Below, piece after piece: positions 19,072-29,627 of a stretch of 64,000 nucleotides of DNA. The position numbers and the translations under genes were made by a program. The stretch's first letter is position 1; each line of letters starts with the position of its first letter. The notes below the pieces were generated by a model, which saw nothing but the letters and a program-made list of their open reading frames with translations, was not told the origin of the DNA and made no database searches. Source of the stretch: Dehalococcoidia bacterium UBA1141 (GTDB lineage: Bacteria; Chloroflexota; Dehalococcoidia; Lucifugimonadales; UBA3495); contig DCAE01000109.1 in NCBI GenBank assembly GCA_002311385.1, forward strand, positions 118,385 to 182,384, written 5' to 3'.

Positions 19072-19848
19072 ATGACCAACCGGGAATCACTTGGAAAATT
19101 ATATTTGGTAGGTTTGGGGCCAGGGGGGCTTGAGCATCTGACCCCAGCGGCGAAGGAGGCTCTGCAAAGGGTCGACTCTGTTGTGGGATACGGGCCCTAC
19201 GTTGAGCAAGTTGGTTCCTTGGTACAAGGCAAGAACCTGGTAACCATGGATTTGGGCCAAGAACTGGAGAGGGCAGCCAAGGCTGTGGAGTTGGCCTACA
19301 GTGGGCATCAGGTCGCCGTCGTGTCTTCCGGTGACGCGGGCATCTACGGAATGGCAGGGCCGGTTTTTCGGGTCCTAGTGGACCGTGGTTGGGACGGTGA
19401 AAATCCTCCACTGGAGGTCGTGCCCGGAATCTCGGCTATGCAATCCGCCGCCGCCATACTGGGCTCGCCGCTGATGCAGGACTTTTGCGCCATCAGCTTG
19501 AGTAACCTGCTCACGCCCTGGGAAACAATAAGGCGCCGCTTGGAAGCCGCCGCCCAAGGCGACTTTGTGGTCGCCTTATATAACCCCCGCAGCCGGAAGC
19601 GGAATCAGCAACTGCAGGAAGCCCGCAGCATCTTGCTGGAACACCGTTCCGGTCAAACCCCGGTAGGCATCGTTCGGGATGCCTACCGCTCCGGCCAAGG
19701 CGTAACCCTCACTGACCTAGAGCACTTGATTGAACATGTGGAATCGGTGGACATGGTGACAGTGGTTTTAATCGGCAACTCTACCAGCTTCATCCACCGG
19801 GAACACATGGTCACCCCCAGAGGCTACGAGGTAAAACAGGCTCCTTAG
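19072..19848 (+). CDS. cbiH: cobalt-factor III / precorrin-3B C17-methyltransferase
   Basis: KLYLVGLGPGGLEHLTPAAKEALQRVDSVVGYGPY and VSSGDAGIYGMAG. ATG 19072 is preferred over the upstream alternative start. Confidence 0.85.
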   Translation: MTNRESLGKLYLVGLGPGGLEHLTPAAKEALQRVDSVVGYGPYVEQVGSLVQGKNLVTMDLGQELERAAKAVELAYSGHQVAVVSSGDAGIYGMAGPVFRVLVDRGWDGENPPLEVVPGISAMQSAAAILGSPLMQDFCAISLSNLLTPWETIRRRLEAAAQGDFVVALYNPRSRKRNQQLQEARSILLEHRSGQTPVGIVRDAYRSGQGVTLTDLEHLIEHVESVDMVTVVLIGNSTSFIHREHMVTPRGYEVKQAP

Positions 19849-19876
19849 TTCTATCAAAAAATTGGACCAGTGTGAT

Positions 19877-19910
19877 AAAGCGCCCCAGCTAAAAACTAGG
19901 GCGCTTTTCG
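19877..19910 (+). terminator. rho-independent terminator after cbiH
   Basis: AAAGCGCCC - 13-nt loop - GGGCGCTTT followed by a T run. Confidence 0.75.
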
Positions 19911-20194
19911 TATTTGAACGTATCAAAAAATTGTCGGTTTGCTGTGCTTAAAACGCACTTCAGCCCTCTTGTTGCCATCACCAGCGAATGCAAAAGGTCC
20001 GACTGCAAGTCAACACCGCAATAACCTAGGGATAACACGCTGTTTAGCGGTCTTTTCCCTTGTTAATCTAGAACCATACGTACAGATTAGTCCTATAGAA
20101 CCTAGTTCTAGGCCGCACAACGGGATTGTTTGGGTGACATCAACTTTACTTTGGACGGTCCAAGGGATAGTTCAAGTCTAATTAGGAGGCTGCT

Positions 20195-20467
20195 ATGTCC
20201 ACTGCGCTATTGGGACGGCGCCGGTCCGCGGTTGAAATCGTCCACGAGATTCTTGCTTTATGTAATGACGGCGGCCTGAACAAAACAGCCATCATGTACC
20301 GCAGCAACCTAAGTTACGATCAGCTGAAGAAATACCTGGGAGCTCTGTGCGAAGACGATTTGCTGTTCAAGAATTATGTTGGATACTACGAGACCACAGC
20401 CAACGGAAGGAAAGTCTTCAAGAGCATGAACAGCGCTGTCAAAGCACTCCGGGCGCTGAAAAGCTGA
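20195..20467 (+). CDS. small winged-helix DNA-binding protein
   Basis: 90 aa with AGGAGG 7 nt upstream. The pattern RRSAVEIVHEILALCNDGGLNKTAIMYRSNLSYDQLKKYLGALCEDDLL resembles, from memory, small archaeal-type wHTH proteins. Confidence 0.6.
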   Translation: MSTALLGRRRSAVEIVHEILALCNDGGLNKTAIMYRSNLSYDQLKKYLGALCEDDLLFKNYVGYYETTANGRKVFKSMNSAVKALRALKS

Positions 20468-20515
20468 ATCAAGCAACCCGTATTTCCCTGTGACTCGGCT
20501 GGTGGCTATAAATCG

Positions 20516-21415
20516 CTAAATGGTGATGCGGGGTTTGGCCGCTGCGTGCTGCTGATCGGCATGGTATGAGCTTCTCACCAGCGGACCTGAGGCCACGTGC
20601 TTGAATCCCATCTCTTCCCCAGCCTTGCGCAACTCGGCAAACTCGTCTGGATGGTAGAACCGGTCAATGGGCAGGTGCTTGGCCGATGGGCGCAGGTACT
20701 GTCCAATGGTTAGTAGATCGCAGTCCACCGTTCGAAGGTCTCTCATAGTCTCCAGTATCTCTTCTTTGTCCTCACCCATTCCCACGATGATTCCGGATTT
20801 GGTCACCGTGGCGGGATCCATCTCTTTAGCCTTGGCCAGCAAATCCAAAGACAATTGGTAGTCGCCTCTAGCCCGTACCTTTGGGAACACCCTTTTGGTG
20901 GACTCTATATTATGGTTGAGCACCTCCGGCCGAGCATCAATCACCTTCCTGAGGGCCGTCCATGATCCATCAAAGTCGGGAATCAGCACCTCCACTTTGC
21001 AGCCGGGTGCCTGTTCCCTGATTTTCTTGATACATGAAGCGAAGATAAACGCGCCACCGTCGGCGAGGTCGTCCCGGTTGACCGAGGTAATCACGCAGTA
21101 TTGGAGGTTCATGCTCACCACCGTGTCCGCCAACCTGGCAGGCTCCCCCAAATCGATGCCCACGGGCTTCCCGGTGGTCACGGCGCAGTAGCGGCAGGCT
21201 CTGGTGCAAATCTCTCCCAGAATCATGAATGTGGCAGTGCCCAAATCCCAGCACTCACCTATATTCGGGCAATGGGCTTCCTCGCACACGGTGTGCAAAG
21301 ACTGGCCCCGCATCACTTGTTGTAGCTCGATGTAGCGTGGGCTGCCTGGAGCAGTTACTTTGAGCCATTCGGGCAACCTGGGCCTGGCAGCAATCTGGGT
21401 TGTTTCCTCTGCCAT
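20516..21415 (-). CDS. lipA: lipoyl synthase
   Basis: CEEAHCPNIGECW and the radical-SAM CTRACRYC motifs. ATG 21415 with an AGGAG SD is preferred. The track start at 21517 would overlap gmk. Confidence 0.95.
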   Translation of the reverse strand: MAEETTQIAARPRLPEWLKVTAPGSPRYIELQQVMRGQSLHTVCEEAHCPNIGECWDLGTATFMILGEICTRACRYCAVTTGKPVGIDLGEPARLADTVVSMNLQYCVITSVNRDDLADGGAFIFASCIKKIREQAPGCKVEVLIPDFDGSWTALRKVIDARPEVLNHNIESTKRVFPKVRARGDYQLSLDLLAKAKEMDPATVTKSGIIVGMGEDKEEILETMRDLRTVDCDLLTIGQYLRPSAKHLPIDRFYHPDEFAELRKAGEEMGFKHVASGPLVRSSYHADQQHAAAKPRITI

Positions 21416-21458
21416 TTGTTCTCCTGCGGCGCTCTGCCTTAGTAGTTCAGCCTTTGGA

Positions 21459-22085
21459 TTATGTAAAGTTAATAGTTCGGGGCGTAACCCGGCACTTCTC
21501 TGCGGCAATGATAGCATCTATGTCGGCAATCGCGCGGTCCAAGCCACCGTCCTCATTGACCACTCGATAATCGAACATTTCGACCATTGCCATCTCTTCT
21601 TTGGCGGTGTTTAGTCGCAATTCCATCTCCGGAGAGCTTTCCGTCAAGCGTAGAGACAGCCTGTCTCGCAACTCGTCCGGGCTGCCCGGCACCATGAAAA
21701 TAAACACCGCTTGCGGCGCTAGGTGGCGGACCGTTTCAGCGCCTTGGACGTCTACCTTGAGAATCACGTCATTGCCAGCTTCAAAACCGACAGTTACCTG
21801 GCTGCGGGGAACCCCATACCAGCGGCCATATACCTCGGCAAATTCCAAGAATTCCCCGGAATCTTTCATCTGGACGAATTCGTCATCGCTCAAGAATATG
21901 TACTCTACGCCGTCTCGTTCCGTTGGCCGCTGTGGCCTGGTGGTTGCCGTGACAACGAAGTGCCAGGGTCGGTCCAGCTTCTTCAGGGAATCCAACGCAG
22001 CGTCTTTGCCCACACCGGAAGGCCCGGATAGCACCACCAACAATGGAGGTGTGGGTGAATGGTGTGGGAACGCAGTGGGGGCCAT
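21459..22085 (-). CDS. gmk: guanylate kinase
   Basis: P-loop LSGPSGVGKD and TTRPQRPTERDGVEYIF. Confidence 0.93.
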   Translation of the reverse strand: MAPTAFPHHSPTPPLLVVLSGPSGVGKDAALDSLKKLDRPWHFVVTATTRPQRPTERDGVEYIFLSDDEFVQMKDSGEFLEFAEVYGRWYGVPRSQVTVGFEAGNDVILKVDVQGAETVRHLAPQAVFIFMVPGSPDELRDRLSLRLTESSPEMELRLNTAKEEMAMVEMFDYRVVNEDGGLDRAIADIDAIIAAEKCRVTPRTINFT

Positions 22086-22093
22086 CCTGTAGC

Positions 22094-23401
22094 CTAGGCC
22101 TGGCTCTGCTGAGTGCCTGAAAGCTGGGCCAAGCTCTCCCAGAAGGTTGGGTAGGACACAGATGCGGCGCCAGCGTCCAAAATGGTGGTTTCGCCTTTAG
22201 CCAGAAGACCGGCAACGGCCAAGGACATTGCCAACCGGTGGTCTCCACAGCTATCGCAAACAGCCCCAGTAAGACTTCCCGTACCGTGTATGACCATTCC
22301 GTCTTCCGTGGCCTGTATGTCCGCTCCCAAACGAAGCAGTTGGGTGACTGTGGTCTGTATGCGGTCCGTCTCTTTAACCCGGAGTTCGGCGGCGTCTCGG
22401 ATTACCGTGGTCCCTTCAGCAAAACAAGCCGCCACCGCCAACACCGGCAATTCATCTATGATTCTGGGAATGATATCTCCGCCAATCTCGGCGCCCTTAA
22501 GCTGGCAAGACCGGGCCATCAAATCGGCAACCGGCTCACCGCCAACAACCCGCTCATTCTTCAGCGCCAAGTTATTACCTGCGCCCATCGCTTGCAGAGC
22601 CTCTAAGATTCCGGTGCGGCTGGGGTTTAGGCCCACCCCGGTGACCAGCACATTGGCGTTGGGATGGCATAGTCCGGCGACCAGCCAAAAGGCTGCGGAA
22701 CTGATGTCTCCCGGCACCGCCAAATCAACACATCTAAGGGATCCCGGTCGTAGCGTCAGGCTCAAGCCATCGGTATCTACCGTCACGCCCATGGCTGAAA
22801 GCATGCGCTCGGTGTGGTCCCGTGATGGCGCTGGCTGATGCAATATCGTGTTGCCCTGAGCGGAAAGGCCAGCCAGCATGATGCTGGATTTAACCTGGGC
22901 GCTGGCCACGGGCATGGTATATTCGATGCCCCGCAGGCTTCCGCCCCGCAAAGTGAGGGGGGCAAGGGTATCCCCTTTTCGGCCCAATATATCGGCGCCC
23001 ATCTCTTTCAATGGCTCCACCACCCTGCTCATCGGTCGGGAACGTAGAGAACAGTCGCCGGTCAAAACGGAGGTGAAATCTTGTGAAGCCAATAGCCCGC
23101 ACAGAAGCCGCATCGAGGTCCCGCTGTTGCCCGCGTCCAATATGTCTTGGGGTTCCCGCAGGGCTGAACCTGAGCCATTAATCTTCACCGTGCCAGGTTG
23201 ATTGCCCTCTTCGATTTCGGACCCCAAGGCCCTCATACAAGCCATGGTGGAGACCACATCCGCGCCACCGGAAAGACCAGTCACTGTCGCCGAACCTGTA
23301 GCTATCGAATTTAGAATAAGCGCCCTATGCGATATGGACTTATCCCCCGGAACGGAGATTACTCCAGTGAGGGAATCCGGATTGCTAACCACTTGCTCCA
23401 A
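22094..23401 (-). CDS. aroA: 3-phosphoshikimate 1-carboxyvinyltransferase
   Basis: 435 aa with PGDKSISHRALIL, LDAGNSGTSMRLL and other EPSP synthase motifs. Confidence 0.95.
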   Translation of the reverse strand: MEQVVSNPDSLTGVISVPGDKSISHRALILNSIATGSATVTGLSGGADVVSTMACMRALGSEIEEGNQPGTVKINGSGSALREPQDILDAGNSGTSMRLLCGLLASQDFTSVLTGDCSLRSRPMSRVVEPLKEMGADILGRKGDTLAPLTLRGGSLRGIEYTMPVASAQVKSSIMLAGLSAQGNTILHQPAPSRDHTERMLSAMGVTVDTDGLSLTLRPGSLRCVDLAVPGDISSAAFWLVAGLCHPNANVLVTGVGLNPSRTGILEALQAMGAGNNLALKNERVVGGEPVADLMARSCQLKGAEIGGDIIPRIIDELPVLAVAACFAEGTTVIRDAAELRVKETDRIQTTVTQLLRLGADIQATEDGMVIHGTGSLTGAVCDSCGDHRLAMSLAVAGLLAKGETTILDAGAASVSYPTFWESLAQLSGTQQSQA

Positions 23402-23487
23402 TTCTATTAAATCTTTGATTTTTGGTGACCCACTATTATTGACCCGTTCTTGTAAAACGAAACCTGCGGAAATCCCGGTGAACTAGG

Positions 23488-24495
23488 CTATTTGTCCTTT
23501 TGGGATGCGTCCTTCGAGCCGGCAAAGAACCGTTTTTGGGCTTCCATGGCCTTTCTGCCCATGAACATCTCCCCCATGTTTTCCGAAAACGATGGAATCT
23601 CCGCTGCCGAGGTGTTCTGACGGGACACAATTCCGGCCTGCCACTTGGCCCTGGCAAGAGAGGCATCTTCAAAGACTTGGTGAAGTTCCTCGCCACGGGG
23701 TCCGTCGCTATCGTCAAGCATTTTCCGCACATCGTAAAGTTCGCGAATAAAAGCGTCTATCCAAGCAACTATCGGCTGTGGGTTTGAAACGCAGATATCA
23801 CGGTGCATCACCGTGTCTCCCGAAGCGAGACGGCTCAGGTCTCTGAAACCGGAAGATGCCAGTTGGGCGATATCCTCCCAGTTGGCGCTTTTTGAGGCAG
23901 TGTTCACCAGAGCTACCGACATCATGAATGGCAAGTGGCTCACCGCTGCGACGAAGCTGTCATGTTCTTCGACCCCGATGAAAAAAGGCCGTGCGCCCAC
24001 TGCTTCAGCTAGGCTGGTGATTTCCGAAACCGCTATCTTGTCAGCTGTGGGGCTGGGCACGATGCAGTAGGTCTTGTCCTTGAACAGATTACCGTCGGCT
24101 GTCTCCGGTCCAGATGTTTCTTTGCCGGCCATGGGATGTCCACCAACGAAATGCACCCGCTTGGGCAAAACTTCCTCGGCCCATTCCAAGACCACTTTCT
24201 TGGAACTCCCGACGTCGGTGACGACACAGCCGTCGGGCAGGTCAGGAGCTATCGTCGATAAAAGGTCTCGCATAGCCATCACTGGGGTGGCGACTATCAC
24301 AATGTCCGCGTCACGGACAGACGGTGTCAGCCGGTTCTCCATGCGATCGAACACCTTCCTCTTGGCTGCCCCGGCCCTGGCTGAGCTGTTCTGATCGGTA
24401 CCCACCAATTCCAGGTTTTTTATTCCGGCATTCCTCAAGGCCAATGCCATTGAGGTGCCGATTAAGCCGGTTCCGATAATGGAGATTCTAGCCAT
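23488..24495 (-). CDS. tyrA: prephenate (arogenate) dehydrogenase
   Basis: Rossmann ISIIGTGLIGTSMALAL and HFVGGHPMAGKE, adjacent to aroA. Confidence 0.88.
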   Translation of the reverse strand: MARISIIGTGLIGTSMALALRNAGIKNLELVGTDQNSSARAGAAKRKVFDRMENRLTPSVRDADIVIVATPVMAMRDLLSTIAPDLPDGCVVTDVGSSKKVVLEWAEEVLPKRVHFVGGHPMAGKETSGPETADGNLFKDKTYCIVPSPTADKIAVSEITSLAEAVGARPFFIGVEEHDSFVAAVSHLPFMMSVALVNTASKSANWEDIAQLASSGFRDLSRLASGDTVMHRDICVSNPQPIVAWIDAFIRELYDVRKMLDDSDGPRGEELHQVFEDASLARAKWQAGIVSRQNTSAAEIPSFSENMGEMFMGRKAMEAQKRFFAGSKDASQKDK

Positions 24496-24707
24496 TCAAC
24501 GCATCTCCCGCTTATGGTTAACAAAAGCGTGGTTTCAAAAAAGCTGTTTAGCGAGGGCCGGTGATTAGGATAATTTTACACTATCGCGGATATGACGGCG
24601 AACTCAAATCTAAAGCTGGCCAATCCTGGCAGAATTTACCCCGGCTCCAATTTTGCAGATCGGACCCGTTTTGCGGCCCAGGTAATAACCTTGGGGTCCG
24701 AGACAGA

Positions 24708-25652
24708 TCAGGCGACGGCAGCTTTAGCGAATTCGGGCCTCACCACCTTGCTGTAGGGCTGAGGTTGTTGGGCCAGGCCGGCCCCGATAAGTATATTCTG
24801 CAGACCTTGGTATTCCGGCTCCTCCAACCTGGGGTCAGATGGCCAAGTTCCATGATCTTTGTACCGCTCCACCGACTTGAGGACCAGTTCTGGGATTACT
24901 CCCGAGAAGAACTCAGCCACCTGTCCGGTTATCGCCGCAGCATCATTGCTGGCAATCCATTCCAGGCCTTTGGCGAACCCGCGAACAAAGCTGTGGGCCA
25001 CCTCCGGTTTGGCATTCAAGAAGCCGTTGGTAGCTGCGAAAGAACTGTAGGCTATGTGCCCGTTCTCGGGACCCAAGGCGACAGCCAGATGAGCTTGGCC
25101 CTTTGCCATAAGTTCCTCGGCGACCGGCTGAGGCAGATGGATGAAATCCCCTTCTCCGGCCAAGAAAGCATCCCGGGCTTGTAGCAGACCCAATCCAGGA
25201 ATCAGGCGCAGTTTGGCAGGGTCTATGCCGTGCTTCCGAAGAGCGAATTGAAAAGACGCCCAGGGCATGGCGGTGAAGCCCACGGGAATTACCGTGGAAC
25301 CACGGAGCGACTCCCAATCAAAGCCTTCTTGGGACAAGTTCTGTTGCGGCTCCCGGCTGAGAACGAAGAAACCGTCCCTGGCATTAATCTTCGCAATGTG
25401 GGCTGGAACGGACTCGGCCCCCCAGTCGGAAGCGATGATGCTGCGCATGATGCCGCTTTGGGCTATGTCGACAGCCCCTTCATTGAGTGCGGCGAAGGCG
25501 TGGGGATACGGAGGAGCGCAGGTAGAAAAGGTGACATCAAGACCTTCACTTTCCCAAAAACCACCCGCCACCGCGACGTATATCGGAGTGTAGAAAACGA
25601 TGCGGAAGGCTTCCATCACTCGAACTGTTTGACGATTGTTACTGCTGGTCAC
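24708..25652 (-). CDS. NMT1/THI5-like substrate-binding-fold protein (no obvious signal peptide)
   Basis: 314 aa with ...IVFYTPIYVAVAGGFWESEGLDV..., typical of NMT1/SsuA-like periplasmic-binding folds. Confidence 0.6.
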   Translation of the reverse strand: MTSSNNRQTVRVMEAFRIVFYTPIYVAVAGGFWESEGLDVTFSTCAPPYPHAFAALNEGAVDIAQSGIMRSIIASDWGAESVPAHIAKINARDGFFVLSREPQQNLSQEGFDWESLRGSTVIPVGFTAMPWASFQFALRKHGIDPAKLRLIPGLGLLQARDAFLAGEGDFIHLPQPVAEELMAKGQAHLAVALGPENGHIAYSSFAATNGFLNAKPEVAHSFVRGFAKGLEWIASNDAAAITGQVAEFFSGVIPELVLKSVERYKDHGTWPSDPRLEEPEYQGLQNILIGAGLAQQPQPYSKVVRPEFAKAAVA

Positions 25653-25762
25653 TGACGCTCCCTACGAGTGCGACTAAATTGATTCCTTAGGTTTGATTCT
25701 TCAAGTTTGATTACACAAAATTGAAGTCCAACGGGTATTTCGGATAGAAAATCCGTCATTAT

Positions 25763-26557
25763 TCAGCCTTCAAGAAAGGGAATAAGCGCACCCACGAATA
25801 GTTCCGGGTCTTCGATTTGAGGTATGTGGCCCAATCCCGGCAGTACCTTCTTGCTGGCGTTAACGATATTGTTGCGCAACAGTTCCTCTCCCGTGCGCAG
25901 CCGGTCTACCTCGCCATACATCACCAGGGTGGCGCTGGCCTGAATGCGCGGCAAGCGGGACATTAAGTCGTAGTAGGCCAGAGCTTGCATCAACTTGCCT
26001 ACCCATACTCCTGCCTGAGCCCGGGTGCCATTATTAGCCTCGACCCATTCCGGCTTAGGGTCGGCAAAGGTGGTGGCGGCCTTCAACTCTTCCAATGTGC
26101 GGGGTATAGGCAAACCCTCGCTGTCGTATTGTCCGGCCATGTCTTCCAGGCGCTGCGGAGCATCGAAGGGCTCGAACACCGGGCAACCCACCAAGACCAG
26201 CTTATCCACCCTCTCGGGAAAGCTGGCGGCCGTCTCCGTGGCCAGCACTGCGCCCACCGAGTTGCCGACGTAGTGGGCTCTATGAATGTTCAGCACTTGG
26301 CAAGCATGGTCTAGTGCTCGGGCATAGTCGGGCAGATTGAAGTGGCGGGTGGGCTTGTCCGACTCACCGTGCCCGAGCATGTCGAAGGCGTAACAGGTGT
26401 AATGCTGGCTGAGGGAATCTATGACTGAGTGCCATGCCCAAGTGGATGTGCCTAGAGGATGGAGCATCACCAAGGGATAACCGCTACCCTGCTTTACGAA
26501 ATGCATCCGGCCTTCCGGAGTAGGTACAAAATCCGTAAGGTCTCGCCGCACGAACAT
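25763..26557 (-). CDS. alpha/beta hydrolase
   Basis: HPLGTSTWAWH..., the nucleophile elbow VGNSVGA and a C-terminal GHIPQIE. Confidence 0.8.
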   Translation of the reverse strand: MFVRRDLTDFVPTPEGRMHFVKQGSGYPLVMLHPLGTSTWAWHSVIDSLSQHYTCYAFDMLGHGESDKPTRHFNLPDYARALDHACQVLNIHRAHYVGNSVGAVLATETAASFPERVDKLVLVGCPVFEPFDAPQRLEDMAGQYDSEGLPIPRTLEELKAATTFADPKPEWVEANNGTRAQAGVWVGKLMQALAYYDLMSRLPRIQASATLVMYGEVDRLRTGEELLRNNIVNASKKVLPGLGHIPQIEDPELFVGALIPFLEG

Positions 26558-27008
26558 TATGCCTCCTGAGAATCTTTGTTTGATTTAGTTGTGAACCGGT
26601 TGGTCTTGAAAAGCCAGCATAGCATTGGCCAAATCGCCGGAAATAGTACCTGGACGAAGACCGAATTTACCTATTTACTAAATCAGCCTTGAATTGGGCT
26701 ATCGTAATGGCCGTTCTCGCCTCTGTCAATTTGCACTTTACGCCTAGGGTTAGTTGACCTTTGGTTGGTATTATGAAAGAATTATCGGCAGTTCCACTCT
26801 CCCAGCCTCAAGAAATTCTCAATCCCAACGAGATTCGTTGGCCACAAGAATCTTCCCAATTTCCTCCGATCAATAGTTAATAAAGATAGCGAAAACAAGA
26901 GTCGCCGATTAGTCTTGGTTTAAGCCTGATTAACCCGGTCTCGCCAACCAGAAATTCTAAACGTGGTATCAAAATCAGGTCGAATCTGGTGCTGGCACTG
27001 GAAGTATT

Positions 27009-28523
27009 TTGATTACTAAAGCGCCCGTATGGGACAAAGAAGCGCTGAAACGGTTGGCTCAGCGGGAGCTTGGCGACTTCAAGCTGGTAATTGTCTCCAA
27101 TCGCCAACCATATATTCACGAGCTTATTGAAGGGAAGCTCAGCTACGCCGTGCCCTCCGGTGGGCTCACAACGGCTCTCGACCCCCTGATGCAGGAATGC
27201 GGCGGCACCTGGATTGCATATGGAGGCGGCAAAGGCGATTGGGCTGCCGTTGACGAGAAGAACCGAATCATGGTCCCCCCAGACGACCCGGCCTACACCC
27301 TGCGTTTGGTCTGGTTGACCGAGGAACAGGAGCAAGGTTACTACTACGGGTTCTCCAATGAAGGACTGTGGCCGCTGTGCCACAATGCCTACACCGAACC
27401 GGTTTTCGACACCAAAGCCTGGGAAACCTATAAAGACGTTAATCAGGACTTCGCAAACCAAGTTCTGGACGAAATAGATGGTCGGCCAGCTGCGGTATTC
27501 ACCCAGGACTATCACCTCGCCCTGCTGCCCCGCCTCATCAGAAATGCCGAACCGGATATAATCACCGGCCAGTTTTGGCACATTCCTTGGCCCAGCCCGG
27601 AGATTTTCCGTATTTGCCCTTGGCAGGAGGAACTCCTGGACGGCATGTTGGGCAATGACCTCATGGGGTTCCACATCGGCGACCACTGCAACAATTTTCT
27701 CAGTACCGTGGCCCGCTGCCTAGACGCCCAGACCGACCAAGAGTACAACTTGGTTAAGTACCGCGGGGATTCCACACTGGTCAGACCCTTCCCAATCAGC
27801 GTGGATTTTGAGCAGATAAACCAGGATGCTCAGAGCCGGTACGTTACTGAAGAGATGGACCGGCTCACCGATGAGTTGGACTTGGGCGGCATGATTATGG
27901 GCTTGGGAATAGACCGGATCGACTACACAAAGGGCATTCCACACCGTCTGAGAGCCTTTGGGCGATTTTTGGGAAAGTATCCCGAGTACTTGGGCAAGGT
28001 GGTCTTTATCCAGGCTGGGGTGATGAGCCGGACCGGGATAGACGCCTATCAGTTGCTGTCTGACCAGATTGACCAACTTCTGGACGATATTAACAGCCGC
28101 TTCGGCTACGCAGGTTGGAAACCCATCATCTATTTGCCAAACGACCTGCCCAACGTAACGCTGATGGCGTTGCGCCGGATGGCCCGCTTTTGCGTGGTAA
28201 GCTCCCTCCACGACGGCATGAACTTGGTTGCCAAGGAGTATGCGGCCAGCCGTTTCGACGAGGATGGGGTTCTAATATTGAGTCCCTTCACGGGGTCGGC
28301 GCTTGAATTGACCGACGCTTTGATTGTCAATCCCTACGCTACCGAGCAATTCGCCGACGCAATCTGTGACGCCGTAGAGATGCCATTGGAGAGCCGGAGA
28401 GCCCGCATGATAAACATGCGCTCAATCGTCCGAGAGAACAACATCTATAAATGGGCCGCCCGCATGCTGGTTGATTTGATGCAGGGTTCCAGGCGTTCAA
28501 GAAGGCCGATGGCAGGCCGTTAG
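27009..28523 (+). CDS. otsA: alpha,alpha-trehalose-phosphate synthase (GT20)
   Basis: LVIVSNRQPY..., GGLTTAL, FSNEGLWPLCH, QDYHLALLP and SSLHDGMNLVAKEY. Confidence 0.92.
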   Translation: MITKAPVWDKEALKRLAQRELGDFKLVIVSNRQPYIHELIEGKLSYAVPSGGLTTALDPLMQECGGTWIAYGGGKGDWAAVDEKNRIMVPPDDPAYTLRLVWLTEEQEQGYYYGFSNEGLWPLCHNAYTEPVFDTKAWETYKDVNQDFANQVLDEIDGRPAAVFTQDYHLALLPRLIRNAEPDIITGQFWHIPWPSPEIFRICPWQEELLDGMLGNDLMGFHIGDHCNNFLSTVARCLDAQTDQEYNLVKYRGDSTLVRPFPISVDFEQINQDAQSRYVTEEMDRLTDELDLGGMIMGLGIDRIDYTKGIPHRLRAFGRFLGKYPEYLGKVVFIQAGVMSRTGIDAYQLLSDQIDQLLDDINSRFGYAGWKPIIYLPNDLPNVTLMALRRMARFCVVSSLHDGMNLVAKEYAASRFDEDGVLILSPFTGSALELTDALIVNPYATEQFADAICDAVEMPLESRRARMINMRSIVRENNIYKWAARMLVDLMQGSRRSRRPMAGR

Positions 28524-28622
28524 GGTTAACCGTGATAGATGCACCGGCAAGCCTTGGTTTCCGCTCACTCGAGCATCAACTCCGGCAAATACACAACATT
28601 CCAACAAGTCACCTGCCCCATC

Positions 28623-29465
28623 ATGCCTAAGCACCTACTAGCCGTTTGGCCTCAGATTCAACAAAGCCTTCAAGGAGTTGGCCAGGTTGTCTTGCTTTTG
28701 GATTACGACGGCACCCTGGCTCCCATCGTCGATCGCCCTGATTTGGCCAGAATGCCTAGGCAAACCCAAGAAGCCCTGGTTGAACTGAAGGCGCTAACAT
28801 CTCCGGAGCCTGATTTAGTTATAGGCATAATCACCGCTCGCAGCCTGGAGGATGTTAGCGCCAGGGTTGGAATTGACGGGCTGCTTTACGCTGGCAACCA
28901 CGGCCTGGAAATACGGGGACCCAACTTGGAGTTCGTCCATGCCAAAGCTCTGAAAATCAAAGGCAGCGTAGACCAAGTTTACCTGCGGCTGAAGGAAGAA
29001 TTGGCTATCCACCCCGGAGCATTTGCCGAGCACAAAGGTTTGAGCTTAACGGTCCATTACCGCTTGGTTGACGATGAGCGCGTAGCGGCGGTCAAAGACA
29101 CTGTTGATAAGACAGTTCGGACCGCTGTGGCGATTGGCGATTTGGTTGTTTCACCGGGGAAAATGGCCCTGGAGATTCGCCCCAATATTGCCTGGGACAA
29201 GGGGAGCGCCATAACGGCCATTGTGGCGGCGCTTGGCACACAACCACCAGATAGCAACCCGCCGGTCAGGGACGGATTGGTTATGTATTTTGGCGACGAC
29301 CTACCCGATGAAGCCGGGTTCGCCGCCGCACAGGATACCGGAGGCATGGGGATTTTCGTTGGGACCTCTGAGCAGTCAACCAGCGCCCATTACCGGCTGG
29401 ATTCACCCCAACAGGTCGGGCAAACGCTCCACTTGATAAGGCAGATATTCCGCCAGAGCGCTTGA
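28623..29465 (+). CDS. otsB: trehalose-phosphatase
   Basis: HAD motif I LLLDYDGTLAP and the terminal YFGDDLPDE. ATG 28623 preferred. Confidence 0.85.
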   Translation: MPKHLLAVWPQIQQSLQGVGQVVLLLDYDGTLAPIVDRPDLARMPRQTQEALVELKALTSPEPDLVIGIITARSLEDVSARVGIDGLLYAGNHGLEIRGPNLEFVHAKALKIKGSVDQVYLRLKEELAIHPGAFAEHKGLSLTVHYRLVDDERVAAVKDTVDKTVRTAVAIGDLVVSPGKMALEIRPNIAWDKGSAITAIVAALGTQPPDSNPPVRDGLVMYFGDDLPDEAGFAAAQDTGGMGIFVGTSEQSTSAHYRLDSPQQVGQTLHLIRQIFRQSA

Positions 29466-29627
29466 TAAGTGATTGCCTGCCGGATGAAGCACTGGAAGCA
29501 TCGGGATTCACAACCGAACCGGCTTATGTTAGAATGCCTGCGCCTAGGCTAGAGAAGAGCCGAAGCCTAAACACGAGCAAACACCAATAAAAAAACACCT
29601 GAATCCCCGGTACTTGGGATTCGCATA

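Noticed and set aside
26877-27686. 269-aa ORF on the minus strand
   Set aside because: It lies entirely antisense to the strongly conserved otsA reading frame. Its translation has no recognisable motif and odd composition. It is a shadow ORF.
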